This document shows, piece by piece, positions 26,205-39,413 of a DNA stretch of 64,000 nucleotides (the first letter of the stretch is position 1; each line of letters starts with the position of its first letter). The stretch spans positions 196,354,001-196,418,000 of the forward strand of contig OX597814.1 of the NCBI GenBank assembly GCA_951406725.2. The letters run 5' to 3'. A model generated the notes under the pieces. It was not told the origin of the DNA and did no database searches. It was given only the letters and a program-made list of their open reading frames with translations. Position numbers and translations under genes: made by a program. The DNA is from Octopus vulgaris. Lineage: Eukaryota.

Positions 26205-26360
26205 TGTATGTGTGATTGTCCCCCTAACATTGTTTGTCAACCGGTGCTGGTGTGTTTACGTCCCTGTAAACTTAGCGGTTCGGCGAGAGAGGACGATGGA
26301 ATAAGTAATATGCTTACAAAAAATAAGGCCTTGGGTCGATTTGCTCGACTAAAGGCGGTG
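26205..26360 (+). mobile_element. SINE family A, 3' part
   Basis: Homology to family A. Confidence 0.7.
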
Positions 26361-26528
26361 CATATATATATATAAGTGGTACAAGAAGACACCAATATTT
26401 ACTGGAAAATAGCAATCGATACAAACACGATGCTATTGTATAGCTTCACTGCGTATTTACTGGCAAAGACGTGTGTGTGTCTTACCTCTAGGAAGAACAT
26501 TCGATAAATAGACAACCTAGAATCGGAT

Positions 26529-26601
26529 AATGCAGGACCGGTTTCTAACTCTTCAAATACAATTGACAACGTAAATTTGACCAGTCTTCATCAGCTGAAT
26601 T
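26529..26601 (-). ncRNA. hammerhead ribozyme, canonical core
   Basis: AAUUCAG-CUGAUGA-A-GACUGGUCAAAU...AUUUGAAGAGUUA-GAAA-CCGG-UC^CUGCAUU. Confidence 0.65.
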
Positions 26602-26790
26602 TACCTAGACACTATTTCAAATGTTGTCATATCAATGTGGCAATAAGTGTCTATAAAAAGGGAGTAGGGTAGATGTGACATTAATTCATGACGTTACAGG
26701 GGAATAGACTATGAAACTTAGGGTGCTACAATGAGATTCAGGGAAAACATTAGGGGCTCAGTGAGAGAACGTTTATAAATATAAATATAA

Positions 26791-26845
<55 letters not shown>

Positions 26846-27392
26846 TAGGCACCCACGCACACGCACACAATATGAGGTAGAATGTATGCTTTCATGAAAA
26901 TCTGCATATAAGAGCGGTATGGGAAGTGTGTTGGGCCAAGTAATTTATCGTGTATTCTGTAGCAGCCGTACCTATTTGTATTTCCAGTGAGTCGAAATCT
27001 TTTGAGTTGGCGGATTAGATTACGTATGTTTGAAAATCATTAGAATTTAATCAGCGAGATATTGGAAGGTACCACTGATAAGGCGCTACAAATCTATACA
27101 AATCGAACATGTAGCTTTGAAAATTGATGAGATCTTGGATTAATTAATATCGATATATGTTAATCGAAATATTAGAATGATATTTTATGTAAAACGTTTC
27201 GCAATGGCTTTCAATACATACGGAGTATTAGAACACGATGTAATCTATGTTTCGTGTATTGAAAGCATTAGGAAAAATCGATTGAAGTGGACAGGTAGCA
27301 TGATTCATGTTTCAAATCGCCAGAACGTCGAGCAAAATTATAAGGTCCGGTCAAACTTTACTCGATAGAAAGAATAGCTTCATAACGCATAA

Positions 27393-27808
27393 GACGGTGT
27401 GCTGGCAGAATTGTTAGCACGCCGGGCGAAATTCTTAGCAGTATTTCGTCTGCCGCAACGTTCTGAGTTCAAATTCCGCCGAGGCCGACTTTGCCTTTCA
27501 TCCTTTCGAGGTCGATTAAATAAGTACCAATTACGCATGCGGGTCGATATAATCGACTTAATCCGTTTGCCTGTCCTTGTTTGTCCCCATCTGTGCTTAG
27601 CCCCTTGTGGGTAGTAAAGAAATAGGTATTTCGTTTGCCGTTATGTTCTGAGTTCAAATTCCGCCGAGGTCGACTTTGCCTTTCATCCTTTCGGGGTCCA
27701 TAAATTAAGTACCAGTTACGCACTGGGGTCGATATAATCGACTTAATCCGTTTGTCTGTCCTTCTTTGTTCCCTCTATGTTTAGCCTCTTGTGAGCAATA
27801 AAGAAACA
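27393..27808 (+). mobile_element. SINE family B with internal tandem duplication
   Basis: Body repeated from GTATTTCGT. About 21-bp TSD with 2 mismatches at 27367-27387 and 27809-27829. Confidence 0.85.
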
Positions 27809-28129
27809 AGAAAGAATAGTTTCGTAACGTGTATGTTGTTCTGTTTAATATATTTCGTGTTCTATGTTGCTGCAAGTCGTCGTGCGCACTTCATCGGTCC
27901 ACTTACTCTTGATTCAATGTTACATCTGTACTTTAACAGCTTCAAGGGGCGATAAAAGGAAATCAATAACTCCACAAACCCCCAGCTAGTACCTCATTTA
28001 CAAGTGACTAAACTAAAGCAAGGTAAAATTGTGTTCTGTGATTCAAAGACATAAAACACCTTTCTCTGTAGGACCTGAATATACAAACGTATTATCATGA
28101 TAAGAAAACACCAAATTTCGACAAGCATG

Positions 28130-28435
28130 TGACTTTGTGGCTAGGCTATTCGGCCCACGATTTTAACGTCCTGACTTCGATTTCCGGTGGTGCGTTCTGT
28201 CCTTGAGCAAGACACTTTATTTCTCGTAAATGCAGTCCATGCAATTGGCAAATGTGAGTTGGTCTTCTAATTCAAGAGGTCAGCCTTGTCACCCATTGTG
28301 TCATGCTGAATCTCCCTGACAACTACGTTAAGGGTGCTCGTGTCTGTCGTATGCACAGCCACTTGCACGTTGATTTCATGAATAGACCCTTTAGCTGATG
28401 GTATCAACTGGAACACTCATCGTTGTAACCGACGA
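28130..28435 (+). mobile_element. degenerate SINE (C/D hybrid type)
   Basis: GTCCTTGAGCAAGACACTTTATT block plus family C tail; homologous to 56811-57129. Confidence 0.7.
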
Positions 28436-30333
28436 AGATCCAAGCCAGAGCCCTAACTACTCGATTAGGCGTTGGAGGATCAAACAAGATACATTGAAGT
28501 ATTTGTGTCGGTCATGCATTCGAGGTCGTCTGAGTCAATGATCTAGACCAATAGTTCCCAACCTTTTCACGGTTGTTCCCAACAGTGGTTTCCAATCATT
28601 TTATTTAAATGAGTTTTCGCACGGACCCTTTTTAATATGCTTATCTTCCATACACACGCTCACACACGCACACACTCCCTCACACACACACGCACATACA
28701 CATACACACACACAGACATATATATATATGAGATTTTGAATTTAGTACACGCCCTCCCTCTTGCAGACTAATCCTCCGTGTTGAATGTTAGTCTATGAAC
28801 GTATAGAAAAAGATAATGATTCCGGGTTTTCTGTTCCTTCTCTGTACGTTCCAATGTCAAATCGCGTCGATGTCAACTTAGCCTTTCTTTTTTTCAGGAT
28901 TCATAAAATGAAATACGTCAAGTCGATGCAATCGACTAACATCTTTCTCTAAAATTGTTGGCCTTATACCAAATCTCTGAATGAGTCATCATTATTTAGT
29001 TCTATTCTATTCTATTTTGAAAGAAATACACACACTCGTCTGTCGCGACAGTTGGGAAGGAGTCCATTTTTATTCAGAGGTTACCTTGTTTAATCATTTA
29101 GTTATTTACTTATATGCCTTTCAAAGTTCATACGCAAACCCAAGTTGATAAGATTATAAGCTCAATAGGGAGATTACATTCTCCCCTCCTATGGGAAATT
29201 AGATTCTACACTAGAAGAAAAAGAAGAAAAAAAACAACTTACATATAACAACCGAAAGATTAAAAACCTCTATTGAATATTTAGCACTTAATGTGTTGCC
29301 TTGGATTTCCAGAAAAGAACACTTTTTCTTCATTTAAATTAGAAGTTTCTCAGTACGTCCAATTGTTATTTTATCTTAAGAAAATTTCCGTCTTGAAAAC
29401 AATATTGGAAGTTGAACGTAGTCAAAATGTACCTTTTGAAGCCTATTTCGTTTCTCTTTATATGTGCGTGTGCGTGCGTGTGAGTGTTTCTTCTTTTCAT
29501 ATTTGTTATTATTATTTTCCGTTAACTGATAATTGTAATTTTATTTTTTGTTCATTGTTATTATTCAAAGCCGGCAATATGAGATGAATATTTTTATTCG
29601 CAATTCAATCTCATAATCATCAAAGGTCTTATGTTTATCAATAATGGTGTCTTTGAAATTTGGATTCTTTTGTCGCGGCAATGTAAAATTCTTAAATTGA
29701 ACAAATTATATTATAAAACATTTTTCAGAAAGAGGAAAAAAAAAAATTGCAAATAAATAAAAGAAAAAACCGGAAAAAGTTACAATGTGCTTGTTGCTCG
29801 TACTTCAGGTTTCAATTTTGGATTTTTGTTTTTCGATTATGATTTGAATAGTTACCAACTTCGACACTAAGACATGAAAAGTTTTTAAAGAATTATAAAT
29901 ATGCTGAAGAATTAAAGCTAATTACGCAAAGTATCATTGAAGAAAAATGACTTTTAGGTTCATTCTTAAAGAAATCTGAAGCATAATGAGAAATCGTTTT
30001 TCTTTTTAATTTCTACTCTTGTGAGTAGAAAGTTTCGTTTTCACATTTCCAATGGTCAATTATTTAACACAACCGCATCTTGATAAGTTATTCAAGTGGA
30101 ATATAATAGCAGAAGCACAATACAGGAGATTGTGTAGCCACGGGAAATCTCTTATAAAGACGTTCTAGCCATGAAAATTCCTCTTTGGTTTTATATAACT
30201 ATTTACGTTACACGACGCAGTTCATAATCTTTCAACTAGAGAAATTAGGATGAGATTTGTGGTTGAGCTCTACGAATAAGTTTCACACCGTATATACGTT
30301 ACCCGTGGCAAAGCGGTTGCCACTCATAGGTAC

Positions 30334-30380
30334 ATCCCATTGACAAGAGTCAATAAACTCGAAACATCGACGTCTGGGAT
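30334..30380 (+). ncRNA. hammerhead ribozyme, U3:A8 core
   Basis: AUCCCA-UUGACAA-GAGU caauaa ACUC-GAAA-CAUCGACG-UC^UGGGAU. Stems I and II are perfect. Confidence 0.8.
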
Positions 30381-30560
30381 TCCTGATAGATGGCGACACT
30401 GAGCAAACCGCGGGCTTTCACACTTGTTACCTTAAAAGAGATATTTTCTGCGCGGTATCTGCATTTTATTTGCCTTTAGCAGTTGGAATATGTCACAAAT
30501 ATATTTTACCATACCTAATTTTTTCTTATGTCTAAACATTGCTTACTGCTAGCATTTTGT

Positions 30561-30621
<61 letters not shown>

Positions 30622-30624
<3 letters not shown>

Positions 30625-30858
30625 TAAATGAGGGTGAAAAATTAGATATTAATTTAATAATACCATTAGTTTAACGCCAAGCGGCCTAACACATAAAAAC
30701 CAGGGAGACAATACAAATTTATCCGTAAATATAAGAGAGTTACCGTTAAATTGGTTAACTCTAGTGCTAGAAATAGCTCCTTATTCTGGTATAGCCGCCG
30801 ACAATGCTTCCACAAAGAAATAGATATAGCATCGTCGGCGGCAATACCAGAATAAGGA

Positions 30859-30860
<2 letters not shown>
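30622..30860. repeat. TA-flanked insert ending in a 31-bp hairpin (30778-30808 / 30828-30858)
   Basis: TCCTTATTCTGGTATAGCCGCCGACAATGCT versus AGCATCGTCGGCGGCAATACCAGAATAAGGA. Confidence 0.7.
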
Positions 30861-30944
<84 letters not shown>

Positions 30945-30945
30945 C

Positions 30946-30986
<41 letters not shown>

Positions 30987-31792
30987 CATAAATATATATA
31001 TGTGTGTGTGTGTGGCCCATGAGAAAATACTGTGGACCCCAATTTACTATATTGCTTCCGTGGATCACCAAAGGTCATATATGAACAACCATGGGTCATA
31101 TGGATCCCCGCTGAGAAGCCCTGGTCTAGAATTTGGGTATTGATGGGCCAGACTGAGACTGTAGCTGCTGTCAGTTGGCGGCAAACATCGGTATGCAAAC
31201 GCCATCTTAAAAGAGATACCAGAAACGGTTGAATATGAATATGAAAGTTGGAGACGTGTTGATCCCAAAATGAACTTGAGGTTGAGTACCAGTCGGTGGA
31301 GCTGGGAGGTTAGCGCTGACATCTGTGAGGGGAGAAGGCGGCGCGTTCTGAAGCCTCGAGAGGAAGGTGCGCATTCTCTCCTGATCACCTGTGAAACCTA
31401 CTGGCATCCGGTATGCGGAGGTTTCGAATGAATGCACTTGCACCAGGAAACTGTTTCTAGGACTCAGTAGAGGTTTTTCCCCGCCTCATAAGAATTAATT
31501 TCCTATTTTTATTCGTGTGAATCATTATTTTTCATTTGTATTTTAATGACGATAGAAACGTTTATAAAGTGTGATAAGCCGTAATTTAGCGACAGATAAT
31601 ATAAATAAACGGTATAAACTGTAGAATCTGAATATATAATTTCACACATCAAATATAAGTTCGAATAAATCTGTACCAAGGATTATACTTAATAGAGATG
31701 CAGACTGATGTTAAGTATTTATAACAACAACAATAACAACAACAATAATCTTATATATATATATATATGTGCGTGTGTGTGCAAATATTTAT

Positions 31793-31852
<60 letters not shown>

Positions 31853-32024
31853 GTAAATATTTATATGTATATGTATATATATATATATATACATATACGT
31901 ATCTGTATGTATGTGTGTGCGTGTATCTATCTATCTATCTATCTATCTACCTAACATATCTACCTATCTATCTCTCTATCTCTTTCCCCTTCTCTCTCTC
32001 TATATATATATATGTGTATATACG

Positions 32025-32056
<32 letters not shown>

Positions 32057-32059
<3 letters not shown>

Positions 32060-32502
32060 GAGAGATATGCAGTAATATACATCTGGAAAATCCTGGAGGG
32101 TCTTGTCCCAAACTTTGGCATTCAAAGTTACTCCAACCGCAGAACGGGCGCCGCTGCGTGGTGCCAAGGATTCCAACATCACCATCAAAATACAGGTCCA
32201 GATACTGCAACAGCTTGGGTTTCAGAGGACCACAGCTTTTCAACATCCTCCCTAAATGCCTGAGAGACTTACATGGTGTGGATGTGGGTTTCTTTAAAAC
32301 TAAACTGGATCTCTTCTTGTTGGGAGTCCCAGATGAACCTACCTCACGACAGGAGACGCGGATGCGGGCAGCAGCATCGAACTCCCTTGTTGATCAAGTG
32401 CCACGTATCAGAGGTGGATTCACAAACTAGTGTGGCTCATTCAGCGGTGGTGCCCCAGCATGGCCGCGGCCTTCGGGCTAAAACATTTTTAAGGATTTAA
32501 GG

Positions 32503-32507
<5 letters not shown>
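32057..32507 (+). mobile_element. 5'-truncated CR1/L2-group LINE
   Basis: RERYAVIYIWKIL...SLGFRGPQLFNILP...FKTKLDLFL, with a frameshift; tail (TAAGGATT)2. Confidence 0.85.
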
Positions 32508-32552
<45 letters not shown>

Positions 32553-32809
32553 TGTTCTTAATTGATGCAACTATCATTATGAGGCTTCATGTTCTCTGAG
32601 CGCCTGAGATATAACAATTTATTGTGATGTGAGTAAAGTAGCTTCACAATCGTTATTCTGATTCCAGAATTTATTGATTATTATTTTTTCTTTTAATGTT
32701 TTGGAACTAAGGTTATACTTGCGTGCAATATATTTTTGCATTAGCAACCAATTATTTTCATAACATTAAAAGTTAGGCTTCAATATCAATGACGATATCT
32801 ACTAGTGAC

Positions 32810-33105
32810 CTCACATCTTCAACAGTACAAATACTTTATCACATAGTATGGCCTTTCCCCTTTAACATAGCAGAGACTGTACTTACAATGTCTGGCGTCT
32901 TTTTCGCAATATCGGAAACTGTACCACAAAGATTAGCCTTTCTCTTCAAAATAGCAAAGCTTACATCACAAAGACCGGCCTTCTCCTGCAACATAGCTAA
33001 AATGGTATCACAAACAATGACCTTTCTCTTGCAGATAGTAATGACTGTAACACAAAGGAAGACTTTTCTTTTCAACTAAGCACAGATTGTATCAGAAATA
33101 ATAAA
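32810..33105. repeat. degenerate 42-bp tandem repeat, about 6-7 units
   Basis: 14-aa periodicity in both overlapping ORFs (KRKVFLCVTVITIC/KRKVIVCDTILAML/QEKAGLCDVSFAIL/KRKANLCGTVSDIA). Confidence 0.7.
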
Positions 33106-33416
33106 TCCCCGTACATCTCAACAATGACTAAATCATAGACGAATGTTCTTTGTCTTTTCCCTGTCCAGCTAAGAAAAAAAAAATAGACTTTAGATTTCAA
33201 TAAATATTAACCATTTATAGAAATTAAATACGGCCAAGAATGGAGGTTCGATGAAACTACTGACACATACAAGTATGCTCCTCTACAAAAATGACTACCG
33301 CACTGGATAGCAGGAAGTCATACGCCAAAATATTCCAATCTTTGTCTTTAGATGTATCTTACGCACATTCTGCTTGCCTTCATGACTGTTTTGGTACTCA
33401 AAGCTGAATATTATCA

Positions 33417-33647
33417 GGCGGCGAGCTGGCAGAAACGTTAGCACGCCGGGTGAAATGCGTAGCCGTATTTCGTCTGCCGTTACGTTCCGAGTTCAAATTC
33501 CGCCGAGGTCGACTTTGACTTTCATCCTTTCGGGGTCGATAAATTAAGTACCAGTTACACACTGGGGTCGATGTAATCGACTTAATCCCTTTGACTGTCC
33601 TTGTTTGTCCCATCTGTGTTTAGCCCCTTGTGGGTAGTAAAGAAATA
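33417..33647 (+). mobile_element. SINE family B, monomer
   Basis: Head GGCGGCGAGCTGGCAGAA, B box GAGTTCAAATTCC, central GTCGACTTTG.CTTTCATCCTTTCGGGGTCGAT; short TSD ATATTATCA. Confidence 0.88.
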
Positions 33648-34280
33648 TATTATCATGCCTTATCTACTGAAGCCGTTCCACATATCTCTTTTTTGGTATT
33701 CTATAAACTAAGCCGTGCAAGTGTTTTACTGCTGGCTTAGTGCATGAACCCTGACAGTATTCTTACTAAAATTATTAGTAGCGTTAATATCCCCATTCAT
33801 TAATCCATTTAAGTTTGACTTTGCATTTCCCAGGACAATAGGTATATGATCAAAATCAGTGTGTGTGTGTGTTTGTGCGTGCGTGCATGCATGTGTGTTT
33901 AGTTTTGGGATGGTCAATTTTTTGTTGCCGAATGAACTGACAATCCCAAAATATAACAATATTAGTTTCGACAAACGATCTTACAAAGCGAATACATTAT
34001 ATACATAGGGAAATAATTTATTCTTCAACGTAGGATAATGCTAATATAAACTATCCATATATTGCAGGGAAATTTGTCAGAAATATATAGATAGTTTATC
34101 CTGCGTTTCGGAATAAATTATTTCCGTATCAGTATCTTTCAATACATCTCAAAGTTTCTGAAGCAAACTTTGTTTACTTTCATCGTAAGCTGAATATATA
34201 TATATATATGTACATACATACATACATACACGCATACATACATACATACATATATATGTATATATATACACACACACCTC

Positions 34281-34368
34281 ACCGGCCTCCCGTCCAGGTG
34301 GGGAACATATATGCCAAGGAAACTGGGAAACCAGCCCTTATGAGCCAGGCGTGGCTTAAGAATGAACA

Positions 34369-34411
<43 letters not shown>

Positions 34412-34720
34412 ATACATATGTTGTTGTTGTTTGTTCATTCTTAAGCCACGCCTGGCTCATAAGGGCAGGTTTCCCAGTTTCTTTATCATATAGGTTCCCC
34501 ACCTGGACGGGACGCCGGTGAGCTGTAAGATGCAGGAGGAAAGAGTGAGAGAAAGTTGTGGTGAAAAAGTGAGCAGAAGTTCGCCATTACTTTCTGGCGG
34601 AGCCGCGTGAAGCTTAGGTGTTTTCGTCCATAAACACACACATCGCCCGGTCTGAGATTCGAACCCGCGATCCCCTACCATGAGTCTACTGCTCTAACCA
34701 CTAGGTTATGTGCCTCCACA
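34281..34720 (-). mobile_element. tRNA-headed SINE (34420-34720) with an inverted copy of its 3' tail (34281-34380)
   Basis: CCCGTCCAGGTGGGGAAC...CCCTTATGAGCCAGGCGTGGCTTAAGAATGAACAAACAACAAC occurs in both orientations around a TA spacer. Confidence 0.75.
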
Positions 34721-34859
34721 CACACACATATATATCTATGTACGTATGTATGTATGTATATTCAAATATGAATGAGAATTAGTGCTACTATTGTAAGCAT
34801 TATCGAAAACGCAAACTCAATGTACCGACGAGCAAGCAAAGAACATACATCGAGTGTGC

Positions 34860-34901
<42 letters not shown>

Positions 34902-35061
34902 TAAGAAAGTTGGTTTGTGAAAGCACGTGGTTGAATATATAGAAAATAGTAAAAAGTGAAAAAACTACAGAAGGCTTAAAGGTTAAAAAATATATATATT
35001 TGCGTCAATATGTCTGAAGAATATTAAACATTTTTTTTTCCCTTACAATGACATAGTTTAG

Positions 35062-35100
35062 AAGAAAGACCGGTTTCGCGTTTCGCTTTTCAAATTTCTT
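35062..35100 (-). ncRNA. minimal hammerhead ribozyme, U3:A8 core
   Basis: AAGAAAU-UUGAAAA-GCG aaa CGC-GAAA-CCGG-UC^UUUCUU. Confidence 0.75.
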
Positions 35101-35157
35101 ACGACGTTATGTTTATGTTGAATAGAGTTATCCTATTCAACATAAACATAACGTCGT

Positions 35158-35196
35158 AAGACATTTGAAAAGCTAAACGCGAAACCGGTCTTTCTT
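35158..35196 (+). ncRNA. minimal hammerhead ribozyme, U3:A8 core (stems slightly mutated)
   Basis: AAGACAU-UUGAAAA-GCUAAACGC-GAAA-CCGG-UC^UUUCUU. Confidence 0.65.
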
Positions 35197-35309
35197 CTAA
35201 ACTGTGTCATTGTAAGGGAAAAAATTTTTTTTAATATTCTTCAGACATATTGACGCAAATATATATATTTTTTAACCTTTAAGCCTTCTGTAGTTTTTTC
35301 ACTTTTTAC

Positions 35310-35368
<59 letters not shown>

Positions 35369-35682
35369 TGTGTATGTATGTATGTATGTATGTATGTAAT
35401 ATATGTATGTGTGTGCGCATGTGCATGTATGATTGTATGTGTATGTGTGTGTATAAATGTAGCATCGATCGTGGTACACCACTTTGGTTAGCTCCTAGCA
35501 TATACACGGCTTGTATAGAAAACGTATAGGAAACCATAATCATTCAATACAAATGTATTTATCTCGTCCCGTGTCAAAACTAAAAAGTAATCTTGATAAG
35601 GCGACAGATGACAAACAACTCCAGTCCTGAAGCAACTCAGTATTCTATAATTAGGTATGTGAATGAAAGCATAGGAAAAAGT

Positions 35683-36089
35683 AGATCTTTTCGGTTTGAA
35701 CGGCAGTTTTTAACATAATTTCTAGGTAACTAAAAAATGTTAAACTTCGTATACTGGTAGAATGTGTTTATAAAACATCTTTTTCTCTTGGCTTTATTGA
35801 GAAAATTCTATAGTTTGTAAGATATTTGTTGCTTTTTTTTCTTCAATTTCTGCAATTTCAACAAATCACTGACGTCTATTGAGGTAAAAAAAAACATTCA
35901 GTGCCGTATGAATATGTCCCTCGTTTAAGAAACAGATTGGGTTTATTTACATTTGTGAAGAAAAAAAGATACCCCCGCCAAACCCTAAAACAGATGGAAA
36001 TGCAATAGATCGATACTAGGGTCATAATTATGGGTGACAATTTCATATGACACCGCTAGAAAAAACTGCCATTCAAACCGAAAAGATTC
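35683..36089. mobile_element. MITE with about 27-bp TIRs and probable 8-bp TSD (Merlin- or hAT-type)
   Basis: ATCTTTTCGGTTTGAACGGCAGTTTTT ... AAAAACTGCCATTCAAACCGAAAAGAT; flanks GAAAAAGT and GAAATAGT. Confidence 0.8.
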
Positions 36090-36769
36090 GAAATAGTAGT
36101 TAAGTAATACATATGTTTCAAAGGTGAATTAAATGTATGTTAAGAATAAATAGAACTATTTCATAGGGTTGACGTATACCTACTCGTCGTGTAGTACCGA
36201 AGTTAAAATAAGGTAGATATAAAATACACATTTCAATGATCATATTTGGTGTAATAAGCGGCTTTAATAACCAGCCAATCGTGTGCCCTCCTCAAATTAC
36301 TTCATCTACACAGAAGGGGACTTAACTCAGGAAAACCTCTTCGTTATCAGCATCATCTAATTTAAGGTATGGAGGAAACGTCTGCGGTGATTCAGGTATT
36401 CTCTACTTGGCTAAACGCGGAGGACAAACGCGTTCGATGGATGCCAAGCTCTAGCAGTTTACAATACGAGGAATGTATATAAATTAGGACAGAGGAAATC
36501 ACTAATGAAGGAATAATGTTTGGGGAAAAAGGAAAGATGTGTAAATATATCCATCAAAGCAGAAGTCATTAACGGTAGCAGCAGAATTGATAAAAACTAC
36601 ATCTAGTACTAGGAGGATGATGACAATAATTTTCATATACACACGCACAAGTATACACGATGCTACGCTTAAACACACGGTTGCACACATACATAACATA
36701 AATTTACATGCAAACACACATACACACACACACACACACATATCTATTCTTTTGTTCTTTTGTTGTATT

Positions 36770-36995
36770 ACTTATTTCGGTCATTTGCCTGTGGCCATGC
36801 TGGAGCACCGCCTTTTAGTCGAAGAAATTGACCCCTGGACTTACTCTCTGATAGAGTAGGCCTGGTGCTTAATCTATCGGTTTCATCTGCCGAAACACTA
36901 AGTTACGGGGACGTAAACACACCAACATCGGTTGTCAAGAAATGTGGTGGTGATGGAGACAAACACAGGCACATACACATAAATATATACATACA

Positions 36996-37072
<77 letters not shown>

Positions 37073-37233
37073 CGGGCTTCTTTTAGTTCCCATCTACCAA
37101 ATTCATTCACAAGGCTTTGGTTAGCCCGAGGCTATAGTAGAAGAAACTTGCCCGAGGTGCCACGCAGCAGGACGGAACCGGGAACCATGTTGTTGAGAAG
37201 CAAGCTTCTTACCACAGTACCACACGTCTGCGC
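36770..37233 (-). mobile_element. SINE family A
   Basis: Homology to 24431-24829. Confidence 0.8.
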
Positions 37234-37257
37234 ATATCTATCTACTTATCTATCTAC

Positions 37258-37371
<114 letters not shown>

Positions 37372-37948
37372 TTACTTATACATATCTACGGATGTACATA
37401 CATACTGGATTCAAATATTGGCACCTGGTCAGTAATATTGGAAGAATGGGTAAGTCGCATATAACGTGGTACTTGAGTGCTACTATTTTATTTACAACGA
37501 AAGGTTAAAAAGCAAAGTCAACCTCGGCCGAATTTGAGCTTCGAACGTAAAGAAGGATAAAATGCCGCCGAAACATTTCCCCGGTGTGACATCAATTCTG
37601 CCTGCTCGGGGACTTTGAGAATACTCAAAGATATGAAAAATTAATGTTTTAGCAAGTCTCGCATAGCAATATACCATGTGCAAAAATCTATAAAGTAAAC
37701 TGAGGTAATAAAAATAATAAAATAAACTATAAAATAGTATAAAAGAATAAGAGAAATGATGTGAACTAAAACAAAAAATAAGTGCGAGAAAGTGTGATGT
37801 ATACACATTTGGGAGGGCATACGCCCACACACGCCCAAACTAAACCACACGACCGCGTATAGAACACACTAATATACATATATACTTGGATATGCATACG
37901 AATAGATACACGCAAGCAAACACACGCATATATACACAGAGACACACA

Positions 37949-38022
<74 letters not shown>

Positions 38023-38029
38023 CATACAT

Positions 38030-38078
<49 letters not shown>

Positions 38079-38923
38079 GACATACATATATACTCTCACA
38101 CATACGCAACGACATAAGTGGTTGAACTTAAAAACAGAATTACTTCCAGATAGTAAAAATGAAATTTAATACAAATTACATAAGCACCTCCAGCAAAAGC
38201 GATAGTTGTCTCGTATACACAAGTATATATGTATATGTATATATGTGTGTGCATGTGTGTGTATGTGTGTGTGTGTGTGTGTGTGCCTGCGTGTCTGCAA
38301 GGTAAAGAATTCGACAAATATTAACAGGAGAGTAGAACATTAAAAAAAAAAACGATTATAAGGGAATATAATGGGCATAACTTGTAGCAGTATAATTTTG
38401 TACTTATTGTAACTACCGGTGTATAGTTTGGTCTAACACAACATCCACGTTTAAGCATGGATAAATATTATCACCCGGTATGAATACTGTCTCTGACGAC
38501 AATAATTTCCTTTAACTAGATCACTGACAGATCGCGACACTAGCGCCTTTTCTGGCTCTGTTAGTTCACATGTCACTGTCAGAGATATGAGACGTTGCTG
38601 TCTCTAGCTGTCGAGCATCCATCATTGACAAGACCTAGGAAGGTGGAAATTATGTGAAGTGGATGGTCCCTGTGTCGGAGATGACGCTGATTTTTCTCCC
38701 TGCTAGCGATACAAACAAGAGTGCATTTTGCATCAGAAGCCAAAAAAGAGAGTTCCTCTCGGAGAAACTACCGTAGAATAGTTTGTTCTAACAGAACTTC
38801 TATGTTCAAGCGGGGCTAAATAAGTAGTGTTGTACACCCGATGAGAATTTCCTTTTACACACGCAGGCACACACAGACGCGCACACAGACATACACATAC
38901 ATATCCAGACATATATATGTGTG

Positions 38924-38978
<55 letters not shown>

Positions 38979-39136
38979 TAGTTCAATGAGAATAGACATT
39001 TAATATTTAATTTTCAATATTTCATTTGTTCAATAAGATAATCAATACTTCATTTCATTTCTTTCTTACTATATATTCTATATTATAAGAATATAAATAT
39101 AACATAAAAAACAGAGTTGGAATTCCTTTGAGTAAC

Positions 39137-39167
<31 letters not shown>

Positions 39168-39168
<1 letters not shown>

Positions 39169-39335
39169 TTAGTCCAAACAAGAAAGCACAAAAACACAGC
39201 AACGTGAGGACGTGGAACAAATATAGTATTATTGGACGTTTGGAGCGGAGCTCTTCGTCGGAAACATAGGAGAAGGAAAGATCCAGAGAAGGGAAGACAG
39301 AGAAAAAAATCGCCAACGGTACACACGAGGTCACA
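39168..39335 (-). mobile_element. PLE-type 3' fragment with degenerate HHR at 39235-39265
   Basis: GUUU-CCGACGA-A-GAGC ucc GCUC-CAAA-CGUC. Its end is the reverse-complement homolog of 46301-46377. Confidence 0.5.
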
Positions 39336-39342
39336 TTTATAT

Positions 39343-39413
<71 letters not shown>

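Larger units (their letters stand above)
34900..35315. mobile_element. palindromic PLE 3'-end insert: 183-bp arms, 7-nt loop, two HHRs
   Basis: Arms 34943-35125 and 35133-35315. Homologous to 21545-21794; (TA)n on both sides. Confidence 0.88.
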
